DNA of 64,000 nt from Mobula hypostoma (lineage: Eukaryota): positions 243,724,001-243,788,000 of the forward strand of contig NC_086097.1 in NCBI RefSeq assembly GCF_963921235.1, given 5' to 3'. Each line of letters starts with the position of its first letter. Position 1 is the first letter of the stretch. The position numbers and the translations under genes were made by a program. Below are positions 12,139 to 24,378 of this stretch, piece after piece. The notes beneath the pieces were generated by a model. It was not told where the DNA came from. It saw only the letters and a program-made list of their open reading frames with translations, and searched no databases.

Positions 12139-15100
12139 CCAGTATTACTGGTCTGGTTGGTTGGCCAGTTCCTACTTATCAGCATGTATTTGGAAGTCCC
12201 ACAGGATCTCATCTCAGTCATTCACCACTAGCTTCTCGGGTGTTTCCCATTTGAACTTGGGAGTCTCCAATCCATACACACCATAGATGTTACCACACAT
12301 AATTCCTGTAACTTGGTCAGTGTATGCTGTCTCTGCCTGCATCTTGCACCCTGCTACTGTGTGCTGGATGCTTTCAGTGGATTCCTTGCACAGGCTGCCT
12401 CTTGGGTCTTGTCTGGTGTGATAGACCCCTGCTTCTATTGCTTTTGTGCTCAGTGCCAGTTCTTGTGCAGCCATGAGCAGTACCTCTGTGCTGTTCCTCA
12501 GCACTGTCTTTTCCAGCCATTGGTAGGACTTTTTTACATCAACCACCTCTGACATCTGGTGATGGTACATCCTGTACAATGGCTTGTCCTGCCATGGCCT
12601 CTGGCCCTCTGGCTCTGCTTCACCCGCTTCCATTTCCATGTCCCCTTGCCTGCTGTCTGATGTATGCTCCTAGCAGGTCATCCTTAGGGACCATCTTCCT
12701 GATGTACTCATGGACATTTCACATTTCTTCCTTGACATTTCCAAGTCCCTGTTGTCCTTTAATTGGTGGGTGTACAGTCACTCGACCTTGGACTTTGAAC
12801 GGAATCCTCCATGTATTGTTAGTAGTTTCTGGGTCTTGATGTCAATGGCTTCCAGTTAGTTCCTTGGCCAGCACACTAATGCAGCTGGGTATCTGATGAC
12901 TGATATCTGATGGCTCTGATCTTGTTCTTCCCAGTCAGATGGCTTTTTAGGACCTGTCCGACTCTTTGGAAGTACTTGGATGTTGCAGCCTTCTTTGTGT
13001 CCTCACCGTGGCTTCTGTGCACCTACAGGATCCCCAGGGATTTGTAGCTGTCCTGTACATCTGGTATGTGACCATCGGATAACTTGACTCCTTCGGCCTT
13101 GATGAGTTTGCCTCTCTTCATAACCACCCGGCTGCACTTTTCCAGTCCCAATGACATCCCGATGTCTCTGCTGTACACCCTTATCAGGTGGATTAGTGAG
13201 TCAATGTCACTTTCATTATTGACACACAGCCTGATGTCATCCATGTACAGGAGGTGGCTGACGGTCACTCCACTCTTGAACCTGGACCCATGTCCACCCT
13301 TTGAGATGATCTGGCTGAGGGGGTTCAGAATAGCAATGGGGATAGTGAATCACCCAGGTATATTCCACATCTGACGGACACTTGTGCTACTGGCTTCGAG
13401 TTAACTTCTAGCATTGTCCTCCGAGGACCCATTATTTTCTTCATGGAGATCCTTAGTGTCTTGTTGACCTCGTACAGAGACAGGCACTCCAGGATCCATG
13501 TGTGGGGCTTTGAGTCGTATGCTAGCTGCTAGTCTATCCAGGCTGTGCTTAGATTGGTTTGCCTGTTCTTGGAATTTCATGTGACTGCTTTGTGTACCAG
13601 TAATTGATACTTGGAGCCTCTGGTTCTATTACCAATCCCCTTCTGAGCAAGACTCAGGAATTTACACACATGTTCCTTCTGCTTATTGGCTATGATGCCT
13701 GATAGGAGCTTCCATGTTTTCGACAGGCAGGTTATAGGCCAGAACGTTGATGTTGTTGCTCCCTTGTGAGGACCCTTCATTATGAGTATTGTCCTTCCTT
13801 GAGTTAGTCAGTCAGGGTGGGAGCCTGCTTCAAGCAGCTGGTTCATTTGAGCTGCCAGGCTGTGTATGTAATGCTGTTAGTTTCTTCAGTCAATAGGTGT
13901 GGATCATGTCAGGCCCTGGTGATGTCCAGTTCTTCATATTTGCTACCCATTGCTGGACATCTGCTGCTGTGATGCTGACTGGTTCTTCTTCTGGGAGGTT
14001 GCAGAAGCTTGCTTATAGGTCTTTCAGCCATTGGGCACTGGTGTTCTGTGATGTTTCTTTCTCCCATATACTCTTCCAGTACTCCTCAGTCTCTGTTTTG
14101 GTTAGTTCAGGTATTGCCATGTTGTTGCTCCGGAACTGTGCAAATATTTTTCATGGTTCTTTGGAGAAGAGTGCAGTTAGTCACTTGGCCTTTGCGTCCT
14201 TAGTGTATCTCTGTAGTCTGGTAGCCAGAGCTGTTAACCGTTGCTTGGCTGTTTCCATGCCTTTGGCTAAGGACATACCTCTGTACTTCCTTAGAAGCCG
14301 AGATGAGACTTTGATCGTCACACCTTTCTGCAGCTCAGTTAGTCTGCTGATCTCCACCCTTGTGGTTTACATCTTGGCTTCCAATCATCATTTGCAGGCC
14401 GGGTGGTGGGGGGGTGGCTATAACAGTGCTCAACACTGTATTTCATTTTGTAGCCCAGCATTTCTAGAACTGCCGATGCATATACCAGGTTATTGGTCTC
14501 AGTCATGTTGGAGGTTGCAGTTGTGAGTAGTGCTTCCTCAGCAGCTCTAGATGGAATTTTATCACTAAGACTGGGGGGCCTGGTTCACTGATTGACAGTC
14601 GCCAGTTTAGCTATGATCTTCTCTCCAATTGCAGCAGCCTGCGTCGATATTACCCGAAATGAAGTTCGAGCTTGCATTTCCCGTATACAAGGTGATACTA
14701 TTACCTTTGCGCCATCTGAGAGTTGTGGATGTGGGGCTTAAAATCGCATTTCCCCATCTGCTCGGCTCTGCGATGATGTTGCTGTGGTGCATCATGATTG
14801 TATGTCTTCCATTTCAAGGTGTGATGGCAATCCTTTGTTGACAACGTTTGATCGCAGGGTAACTCGTTGTTTTTCCGTGAACGTGGACGAAGGTCTTCGT
14901 TGTTGCCAGAGTCCCCACGTGTGCTTGACGTGGATTGTTGTTAAAGTAGCATTCCATTAATTCCATGTTGTCCAGTCTTGTCCAGTTATGGTTTGCTCTG
15001 ATGGCTAATTTCTTGCCAGGTGGTCCTGGTCACTAATCCAGGCGACGCCCGAGCCAGCATGGTTCATTTTGTTCTTGTCACTCTCATCCGGCAGTTTTAG

Positions 15101-15544
15101 TGGGCAGATATAGCGTAAGCATGATGGGTCTAGCCCAGACCCCTACCGGACCGCCACCACCAGGACCTGAATGGCAGACCACCGCACCGCAGAGCCCAGA
15201 CGGTTCCCAGTGTTGGCCTCCAAAGTTCTTGGTAAACTCTGTCTCACGGCTCTGCTCCGACTGCCTGTCTCCCGCTCCCTCGTGGCTTCCTCTTCTCTGC
15301 CTGTAATACTAAGAACGTGAGTTGTCAAGTGAGTCCATAAGTTGTGGAATCAGTTCAGTGTTCTGGTGAGTGGCATGATCCACACTGGTTCAAGTGCCTC
15401 ATGGTTGAAGGGTAATAACTGTTCCTGAACCTGGTGGACATAATTTACAATTTCACAGACCATAACATCATTGGCTAAAGATGATCGTGCACCTTACTGT
15501 CTACCTGCACTACACTTTCTCTGTAGATGTTACAATTTATTATA

Positions 15545-15995
15545 AGTCATAGTCATAGAGCATTACAGTACAGAAACAGGCCCTTCAGCCCATCTAGTTA
15601 GAAGAAGAAAGCCCTCAACTCGGAGTGGAGTCATTGGAACACTGTTATGACAGTGTTTTTTTTAGCTGGCTTTCTTATTTTTACGAGGCCAAGTTGCTAG
15701 CTCAAGACTCAACCCAGCACGAATGGAAGGCATGCAAGGGAGCCGGCTGGATTCGAACTCGGGAGCCTTCGCTCCGAAGTCCAGCGCTGTTGCCACTATG
15801 CCACCAGCAGCTATCATCTAGTTAGTGCTGAACTATTATTCTGCCTAGAATAACCTGCACCTGGACTTCATTCCCGTCCCATCCATGTACCTTTGCAAAT
15901 TTCACCACCTACTCCCACAAAAAAATCAAGCCCACAAGCACTTCTGCTGGCAGCTCCTTTCGACACTCTCACCACCCTTTGAGTGAAAAAATTCC
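15545..15995 (-). mobile_element. CR1 LINE 3' end, interrupted by a SINE
   Basis: CATAGAGCATTACAGTACAGAAACAGGCCCTTCAGCCCATC tail and CTCACCACCCTTTGAGTGAAAAA (FFTQRVV antisense). Confidence 0.7.
15602..15814 (-). mobile_element. tRNA-derived SINE with (TTC)n tail
   Basis: Minus strand: TGGCATAGTGG A-box, GAGTTCGAATCC B-box; 11-bp TSD CATCTAGTTAG at 15591-15601 and 15815-15825. Confidence 0.85.
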
Positions 15996-16139
15996 TTTTA
16001 TATATTCTGCACTCTGTTATTGTTTTAACGTCTTCTACTTCAATGCACTATTGTAAGGGATCTGATCTCTGTGAGCTGTACCCAAGTTTTTCACTCAGTG
16101 AGGATAACATGTGACAATTAGAAACTAGTACCAATACCA

Positions 16140-16512
16140 GTGTGTGGAGGGGTGGAGATACCTCTCCGCCAAAGGATGGGTAAGGCACTCCTTCCCTCTG
16201 CTAACCTGCAGGTCGCCCTTGGGCAAGGTGTAGTCTCTGTTTAGAAACTCCCCCCTCCTCCCCAAGAAATCAGGGTCACGTGAAGCCATGGGAGCAGCTG
16301 CTGCAGATCACAAGTCCTGGTTATGCAACCACTGACGCCAGGCAGACAATCTCTGAAGATTATTGATAATGGCTGGGGTCACCCATCTTGCAAGGACGCT
16401 GCCCAGAAGAAGGCAATGGCAAACCACTTCTGTAGAAAACATTGCCAAGAACAATCATGGTCAAAGGCCATGATCGCCCATGTCATACAACACGGCACAT
16501 AATGATGATGAT
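16140..16512 (+). mobile_element. ~370-bp RTE-tailed non-autonomous element (SINE-like), copy 2
   Basis: GAAGAAGGCAATGGCAAACCACTTCTG (RTE/Bov-A-like motif), (GAT)n tail, 8-bp TSD CAATACCA at 16132-16139 and 16513-16520. Confidence 0.8.
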
Positions 16513-17705
16513 CAATACCAAAATCAAATAAACAACCTGGTCCCATGCACCAAAGGAAAAGTCCAAGCTGCGGTTCTTACCTGGAACTTTCCTTGACATG
16601 TAACTCACTGTTCCACGTTGTTTGTAGATAATGCCCATTCAAACAACAGTCCTGGAATCAGAATCAGGTTTATTATCACTGACTGAAATGTATGGCAGCA
16701 GTACTGTGCAAATGTACAAAACTACTATAAGATACAACAATAAATAGTGTAAAAGAGGAATAATGAGGTAGTATTCATAGACTGTTCAGAACTCTGCTGG
16801 TGGAGGCGAAGAAGCTGTTCCTGATTCATTGACCGTAAGATCTAAAAGCAGAATGAGGCCATTTTGGCCCATCAAGTCTGCACACCATTTCATCATGGCT
16901 GATCCGTTGTCCCTCTCAGCCCCAATCTCTGGCCTTCTCTATTTTTCTTTCATCAATGTGCCTATCTAAGAGTCTCTTAGTTTTTTTTTAACAGCTGGAT
17001 AGAAGCTGTTCTTGCCTGGTTAAATTGAATGGGGCAGCCTTCTATTCTTGATCATTTTTATAAAATTCACCAAGTAAAACAGACATTGCCATAGCAACAG
17101 AAGTATTCAGTTTGCTTTTTTTTTGTGCAGGCCCAGCTCTGTTTAAGTGTGATGGATTGGGGAATAGATTCTCTGGAAGTACATGGCTGAATGAGGAAGT
17201 GTACCCGAGAACGTGAAACCAATATTTTCTGCACCTTGTCAAACTCCATCTTATACAGAATTCAGATGATCAGGAATTTTATTTCCGCACAATTTGTAAC
17301 ACAAGGAATTCTGCAGAGGCTGGAAATCCAGAGCAATGCGCAAAATGCTGGTGAAACTCAGCAGGTCAGGCAGCATCTGAGGAGAGGAATGAGCAGTCAA
17401 TATTTCAGGCTGAGAGCCTTCTTCGGGACACATGAAGGGTCTTTGTTGAAACATTGGTTGCTTATTTCTCTCCCTCAGAGTTACTGATCAAGCCTTGCAT
17501 ATTTGCATCCAAATCATTTCTATAAATAATGAAAAACAGAGGTCCCAACCCTAACCCCTACAGTACACCTACAGTCACAGGTCCCCATTCTGAGAAACAA
17601 CCTCCAAACATCAATCACTGCTTCCTACCTCTGGACCAATTTTGATCCCACCTATCTAGCCTCCACCATGGACTTCATTGAAGTGCATGAATTCCGTGAC
17701 GTTTA

Positions 17706-19147
17706 CAGGTTTCCCCCGCCATCCGAAGGTAGAGCTTTCCTATGAAATGGTTCATAAGCCGAAATGTCGTAAAGCGAAGAAGCAATTACTATTTATTTAT
17801 ATGGGAAAAATTTGAGCATTCGCAGATCCAAAAATAACCTACCAATCATACCAAATAACACATAAAACCTAAAATAACAGTAACATATAGTAAAAGCAGG
17901 AATGATATGATAAATACACAGCCTATATAAAGTAGAAATACTTTTCCACAATCATTACTGCACTATTCCCCGTAGCGAAAATCTCACACAAGCGCCGTCG
18001 GCAGAAAATCTCACGCAAGCGCTGTTGGCAAAAACACGGCGCAAACACTCTCCAGTAACCTTTAAGCTATGAAGCTGCCAAATCATACCAAATAACACGT
18101 AAAAATACACAGCCTATATAAAGTAGAAATAATGTATATACAGTGTAGTATCACTTACCGGAATCAGAAAAGCACAGAGCACACTGATGATGGTGTGTTA
18201 GACTGAGTCGTCGCAGGTTGGGTGGTGCAGTGGCCCCCACCCTCCAGGCCACCGACAGATACCAAACCGCGAAGCATGCAGGGGTACAGCGGTAGCCAGG
18301 ACGCACACAGCACATCTTTAAGAAAAAAGTCGAAATAAACATGCTAATTAATTACGTGTTGGGCGGCACCTAATTAATTAGCATGTTTATTTCGGCTTTT
18401 TTCTTAAAGATGTGCTGTGTGCCTCCTGGCTACCGCTGCATTCTCTACGAATCGCGGGATGGTGGGTCACTGGGGTGTCATCTCATCGCCTGTTTCCATT
18501 AAAGCAGGCAGCTCATCTTCTCCTATGACTGCCCGCCTCGATGTCGAAGGTCGAGGTTCGTTGTCTGCTGTGGCTGATGTGGAAGGCTTGCTTGACTGCT
18601 GAGCCTCGTGCATTTTTCTATCATACAGGTTTTTGTAAGGACTCAAACCATCCTGCAAATATCCCCTAAACCGATGTACCCTTTCAAAATTAAAGTCATA
18701 CTTTATCAATACTCATTCGGTTTCAATTGTTATCCTTTCCTCTTCCAATTGCATCAGCTCTTCATCTGTCAGTTCTTGGTCATGGGATGCCAAACCCTCT
18801 TCAACATCATGTTCGTCAGCTTCCACAAGCCAAACTCACTTTGTCCTTACTTGGTTCACCATGATCGAAACGCTTAATTATGTTTAGTTTTACGCTAAGT
18901 GTAACACCCTTACGAGCTCTTTTAGGCTTTTCCAATACCTTAGAACCCATCTTGCAAACGACTGCTCACAGGCACATGTTAAAGCAATGCTGGCGAGAAT
19001 CCGGGGAGAGCGGCTGCTCAGGGCGCGCGCTGCTCTTTTTTCATAACAGTGAAAACACCTTCTGAAAGCGAAAACAGGGTACTAATGTAGGTCGGTCTTA
19101 ACAGTGAGGTTTCGTAAAGCGAACGTTCGAAAAGCAGGGGACACCTG
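17706..19147 (-). mobile_element. Tigger/pogo-family (Tc1/mariner superfamily) internally deleted DNA transposon
   Basis: TA at 17704-5 and 19148-9; imperfect TIRs CAGGTTTCCCCCGCCATCCGAA / CAGGTGTCCCCTGCTTTTCGAA (rc); minus-strand transposase C-terminal remnant (..GLSPYKNLYDRKM.., 18467-18709). Confidence 0.85.
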
Positions 19148-19324
19148 TACTCCGCTATGCATGATATCTCGCCCCCTCCCCCTCAGGTGTAGTCTGTTTT
19201 GAATGGGTTCTTTTGTGTTTCTTCGTTTTGTCGCTGCCTGTAAGGAGACAAATCTCAAAGTTGTATAATATATACATACTTTGATAATAAATATGCTTTG
19301 AACTTCTAGACAAACAGAAGGGAG

Positions 19325-19972
19325 GTAAACATGAGGAAATCTGCAGATGCTGAAATTTCAAGCAACACACACAAAAATTGCTGGTGAACGCAGTCTGTCC
19401 GCCAGAGAAAGCAGGATCTCCCAGTGGCCACACATTTTAATTCCACGTCCCATTCCCATTCTGACATGTCTATCCACGGCCTCCTCTACTGTAAAGATGA
19501 AGCCACACTCAGGTTGGAGGAACAACACCTTATATTCCGTCTGGGTAGCCTCCAATCTGATGGCATGAACACTGACTTCTCAAACTTTCGTTAATGCCCC
19601 ACCTCTCCTTCGTACCCCATCTGTTATTTATTTATCTTTATTATTATATATTTTTTCTCTCTCTCTCCGTTTTCTCCCTCTGTCCCTCTCACTATACTCC
19701 TTGCCCATCATATGGGCTTCCCCCCTCCCTCTTTCTTTGTCCCTAGGCCTCCTGTCCCATGATCCTCTCATATCCCTTTTGCCAATCAACTTTGCTCCAT
19801 CCCTCCCCCTCCTGTCTTCTCCTATTATTTCGGATCTCCCCCTTCCCCCTCCCACTTTCAAATCTCTTACTAGCTCTTTCAATTAGCCCTGACGAAGGGT
19901 CTCAGCTCGAAATGTTTACTGTACCTCTTCCTAGAGATGCTGCCTGGCCTGCTGCGTTCACCAGCAATTTTT
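19325..19972 (+). mobile_element. Penelope-like 3' fragment preceded by a short inverted terminal repeat
   Basis: Inverted repeat piece 19325-19392; then PVATHFNSTSHSH...RLEEQHLIFRLGSLQSDGMN (GIY-YIG C-terminus); hammerhead core CTGACGAAGGGTCTCAGCTCGAAA at ~19889. Confidence 0.88.
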
Positions 19973-20244
19973 AGAAGGGAGGTAAATTCCGGATATCAGA
20001 AACAAAAGCACCAAATGTTACACAGCTTAGTCAGCAACTCATCAGAGAAAAGACACATCCTGACGGCCTGGTTTGTCCCATTCTTTAAAAAGCGAATAGA
20101 GTGCATTCTGACATGATCCAATAAACTTGGCGTTTTGTTTCACCATTACTGCTGCACATGTAGAAGATGAATCAAAAGATACATATTTACAACAGATGTA
20201 ATTATGTAAATCTGCAAACATTGAGTCAGCAAAGCTCAGTGCTC

Positions 20245-20425
20245 GGTGCACCATGGTAGCATAACGGTTAGTGAGACGCTATTATAGCTCAGGGCGTCGG
20301 AGTTCAGAGGTCAATTCTGGTGTCCTCTTTGAGGAGTTTGTACGTTCTCCCCGTTATCTGCATGGGTTTCCTTCGGGTATTCTGGTTTCCTCCCAAAGAC
20401 ATTTCTGTTAACAGGTTTATTGATT
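20245..20425 (+). mobile_element. HE1/V-SINE
   Basis: tRNA-like head then V-domain GGAGTTTGTACGTTCTCCCCG..TGCATGGGTTTCC..GGTTTCCTCCCA. Confidence 0.8.
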
Positions 20426-20444
20426 CAGCAATGTTATAAAAAAA

Positions 20445-20995
20445 ACCTTGGCAAACTTCTATAGGTGGCTGGTGGAAAGTGTGCTGAGTGGCTGCATTAT
20501 GGCCTGGTGTAGGAACACCAAAGCCTTTGAGTGGAAAATCCCACAAAAGGTACTGGATTCGGTCCAGTACATCATGGGTAAAAACCCTCCCAACCACTGA
20601 GCACACCTATATGAAATGTTGCTCTAGAAAAGCAGCATCTATCATCAAAGATTCTCACCGGCCAGGCCATGCTCTTTTCTCATCCGGTAAAAAGTACAAG
20701 AGCCGCAGGACTCTCACCAGCAGGGTTCAGGAACAGTTACTACCCTTCAATCATCAGGCTCTTGAACAAAAGGGGATAACTACACTCACTTAAGGTCTCT
20801 TTTACTTGTTATCTAATGCTCGTTATTTATTGCTGTTTATCTGCATCTGCACAGTTTACAGTTTCTGAAGTTTACAGATCCTATTTACAGTTACTGTTCT
20901 GTACATTTGTTGAGTATGCCCACAGGAAAAAAGATTATCAAGGTTGTATGTGGTGACAGCTATGTACTCTGATAATGAATTTTACTTTGAATTTT
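20445..20995 (+). mobile_element. Rex1/Babar-like LINE 3' end
   Basis: LANFYRWLVESVLSGCIMAWC...KAASIIKDSHRPGHALF..SGKKYKS remnant followed by the recurrent tail. Confidence 0.8.
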
Positions 20996-21214
20996 AAAGT
21001 GTACTGTGATTAGGCTCGGGTTAAAATAGGTGGGTTGCTGGGTGAAATGTCTCATTGGGCTGGAAGGGTCTGTCCCATACTATGGCTCTACATAAGCTAA
21101 ATAAAGCCGACACAACTAAGTTCGAAAAGGAATATCGTTCTAGGAACTGAAGTATTTGCCTGTAATTATAAAAGATGTGCAGCTTTTATGACTTGCCGGT
21201 GTGAAATGAAGCAA

Positions 21215-21720
21215 CAGTGCTCACAAATTCTGCAGATGCTGAGTAACGCACATAGAGTGCTGGAGGAACCCAGTAGGCCAGGCAGCATCTATGGAGGGGA
21301 ATGAACAGCTGATGTTTCGGGCTGGGACCCTTCTTCAGGACTGGAAAGAAAGGGGGAAGAAGCCAGGGGAAGGAGGACAAGCTGGCAGGAGATAGCTGAA
21401 GCAAGCAGCAGAGAGTACAGAGGGAGAGCAGAATCTCCTCTGTTCATGGTTTGCTGCTCCTCTGCAAAGTCTCTTTGAGGTACGCCTATCCTGAAGAAGT
21501 TTAAATCTTCTCTTCAGTGGGAATGCAGTCAGATCCTCTCTTAATGCTCCTTCTCTGTGATCTCCACTGCTCTCTTCACCTGTCTACTCCCACATCTCCC
21601 TGCCACTTTCTTATTCTGGCTTTCTTTCCTGATGAGGGGACTCAGCCCGAAACATCGACTGTTTGTTCTTTTCCAAAGATGCTGCCTGACCTGCTGAGTT
21701 CCTCCACCACGTTGTGCATG
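21215..21720. mobile_element. Inverted pair of Penelope terminal repeats
   Basis: Minus copy 21215-21400 (core CTGAAGAAGGGTCCCAGCCCGAAACATC) and plus copy ~21575-21720 (core CTGATGAGGGGACTCAGCCCGAAACATC). Confidence 0.75.
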
Positions 21721-22074
21721 TGGCAGTACTGCATCTTGGATGTGTATCAACCTTATGTTCAGCTTCAATGAGATTACTCAGGCTCAACCCCTCACTGTGG
21801 CATTTCAGTTGTATGCAGTTCAACATGGAAGATGTATTCCTGTTGCTATGGTAAAGTCACCTGATTTCATGAATAGTAATTAAGGTATAATTTGAGGTTG
21901 CATGGGACAGGTACAGTGACCTTTCCCTGCTGTCTGATAGCTAACAATGCCAGTATGTGTCTGCAGGCTTAATTGGTGTGTAACTAAGTCAGGGAGTGTC
22001 TGAGTGAATAAGGGGAAGGATAGAGGAAAATGGTCAAATGTTTCAATTTATATTAAGTGTGTATGATAGAGAAT

Positions 22075-23117
22075 GAGACCATTAGATCTAGAAGCAGAAT
22101 TAAGCCATTTGGCCCATTGTCTGTTCCACCATTCCATCATGGCTGCTTTACTATCTCTCTCAACCCCATTCTCCTGCTTTCTCCCCATAACCTTTGTTCT
22201 GAATGACAGAATTGATGGTATGATATCCCCACCATAGGAAACATCCTCTCCACACCAAGCCCATCTAGTCCTTTCAACATTCAGTAGGTTTCATTGAGAC
22301 CCCCCCCCCCCGCCATATTCTTCTAAATTCCAGGGAGTACAGGCCCAAAGCAGCCAAACGCTCTTCATATGTTAAACCCTTCATTCTTGGAATTATCCTT
22401 GTGAACCTGCTCTGGACTCTCTCCAATGACAAGACATCATTTCTGAGATATGGGGCTCAGAACTGTTGACAATACTCCAAGTGCAACCTGACTAGTGTCT
22501 TGAAAAGCCTCAGCATTATCTCCTTGTTTCTATATTCTATTCCCCTTGAAATAAATGCCAACACTGCATTTGCCTTCTTTACCACAGACTCAACCTGTAA
22601 ATTAACCTTCTGGGAATCTTGCACAAGGACTCCTAAGTCCCTCTGCATCTCTCATGTTTGAACCTTCTCCCCATTTAGATAATAGTCCGCACTATTGTTT
22701 CTTTTACCAAAATGCATTATAATATATTTCCTAAAACTATATTCCATCTGCCATTTATTTGTCCATTCTTCCAATTTGTCTAAGTCCTGTTACGATAACA
22801 TTATTTCCTCAACACTAACTACCCCACCACCTATCTTCATATCATCCACAAACTTTGCCACAAAGCCATCAATTCCATTATCCAAATCATTGACAATCAA
22901 TGTGAAAAGCAACAGTCCCAATACTGACCCCTGAGAAACACCACTAGACTCTGGCAGCCAACTAGAAAGGCCCACTTTATTCCCACTCGTTGCCTCCTGC
23001 CTGTCAGCATTTTGCTATCCATGCGAGTATCTTTCCTGTAACATCATAGGATTTTATCTTGTTAAGCAGCCTCATCTGTGGCACCTATCAACTGCTTTCT
23101 GAAAATCCAAGGAAATC
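22075..23117 (-). mobile_element. CR1 LINE (subfamily A) RT to 3' end
   Basis: ORF remnants QGSVLGLLLF, KFVDDMK, QRDLGVLVQ, LFKTLVRLHLEYC; 3' UTR at ~22075-22200. Confidence 0.9.
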
Positions 23118-23118
23118 G

Positions 23119-24378
23119 AACATAGAACATAAAGCATAGAAAACCTACAGCACAATACAGGCCCTTCGGCCCACAAAGCTATGCCGAACATGTCCTTACC
23201 TTAGAAGTTACCTAGGGTTACCCATAGCCCTCTATTTTTCTGAGCTCCATGTACCTATCCAGGAATCTCTTAAAAGACCCTATCCTATCCGCCTCCACCA
23301 CCGTCGCCAGCAGCCCACTCCATGCACTCACCACTCTGTGGAAAAAATGTACCCCGACATCTCCTCTGTACCTACTTCCAAGCACCCTAAAACTGTGCCC
23401 TCTAGTGCTAGCCATTTCAGCCATGGGAAAAAGCCTCTGACTATCGACAAGATCAATGCCTCTCGTCATCTTATACACCTCTATTAGGTCACCTTTCATC
23501 TTCTGTCACTCCAAGGAGAAAAGGCCGAGTTCACTCAACCTATTCTCATAAGGCATGCTCCCCAGTCCAGGCAACATCCTTGTAAATCTCCTCTGCACCC
23601 TTTCTGTGGTTTCCACGTCCTTCCTATTGAAGCGACAAGAACTGAGCACAGTACTCCAAGTGGGGTCTGACCAATGTCCTATATAGCTGCAACATTACCT
23701 CTTGGCTCCTAAACTCAGTCCCACAATTGATGAAGGCCAATGCACTGTATGCCTTCTTAACCACAGAGTCAACCTGCACAGCTGCTTTGAGCGTCCTATG
23801 GACTCAGACCCCAGGATCCCTCTGATCCTCCACAGCCAAGAGTCTTACCATTAATACTATAGTCTGCCATCATATTTGACCTACCAAAATGAACCACCTC
23901 ACACTTATCCAGGTTGAACTTCATCTGCCAGTTCTCAGCCCAGTTTTACATCCTATCAATGTCCCGCTATAACCTTTGATAGCCCTCCACGCTATCCAAA
24001 ACACCTCTGACCTTTATGTCATCAGCAAATTTACTAACCCATCCCTCCACCCCTTCATCCTGGTCATTTGTAAAAATCACAAAGAGAAGGGGTCCCAGAA
24101 CAGATCCCTGAGGCACACCACTGGTCACTGACCTCCATGCAGAATATGACCTGTCTACAACCACTCTTTGCCTTCTGTGGGCAAGCCAGTTCTGGATCCA
24201 CAAAGAAATGTCCCCTTAGATCCCATGCCTCCTTACTTTCTCAATAAGCCTTACATGGGGTACCCTGTCAAATGCTTTGCTGAAATCCATATACACTACA
24301 TCTACTGCTCTACCATCATCAACGTGTTTAGTCACATTCTCAAAAAATTCAATTAGGCTCGTAAGGTATGACCTGCCT
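23119..24378 (-). mobile_element. CR1 LINE (subfamily B) inserted in the subfamily A copy
   Basis: Own 3' tail (CATAGAACATA..CATAGAAA) at 23119; ORFs 23218-23499 and 23967-24203 ([18 protein letters not shown]). Confidence 0.92.

Larger units (their letters stand above)
11364..15303 (-). mobile_element. R4/Dong-clade non-LTR retrotransposon (RT, CCHC zinc knuckle, restriction-like endonuclease), near full-length, decayed
   Basis: Minus-strand fragments: WPITCLSKTWKLLSGII (13577-13780), SHLLYMDDI (13023-13268), LLMAAQE.AL.T..C....ESIQH.VAGC (12214-12639), DKEQKKAIVIDVAIP...EKLRKYQGL (11769-11950). The host LINE tail is split at AATAAATAAATA / TAATACTAAGAAC and matches the uninterrupted copy at ~1741. 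Confidence 0.9.

Noticed and set aside
13897..14526. 209-aa plus-strand ORF
   Set aside because: Antisense shadow of the R4 element's coding region.
17131..17216. Plus-strand exon after the strong acceptor TTTTTTTTGTGCAG
   Set aside because: All frames stop within 90 nt and no good donor follows.
20042..20254. 70-aa minus-strand ORF as a host exon
   Set aside because: Starts within a SINE, has no recognisable homology and no convincing donor.
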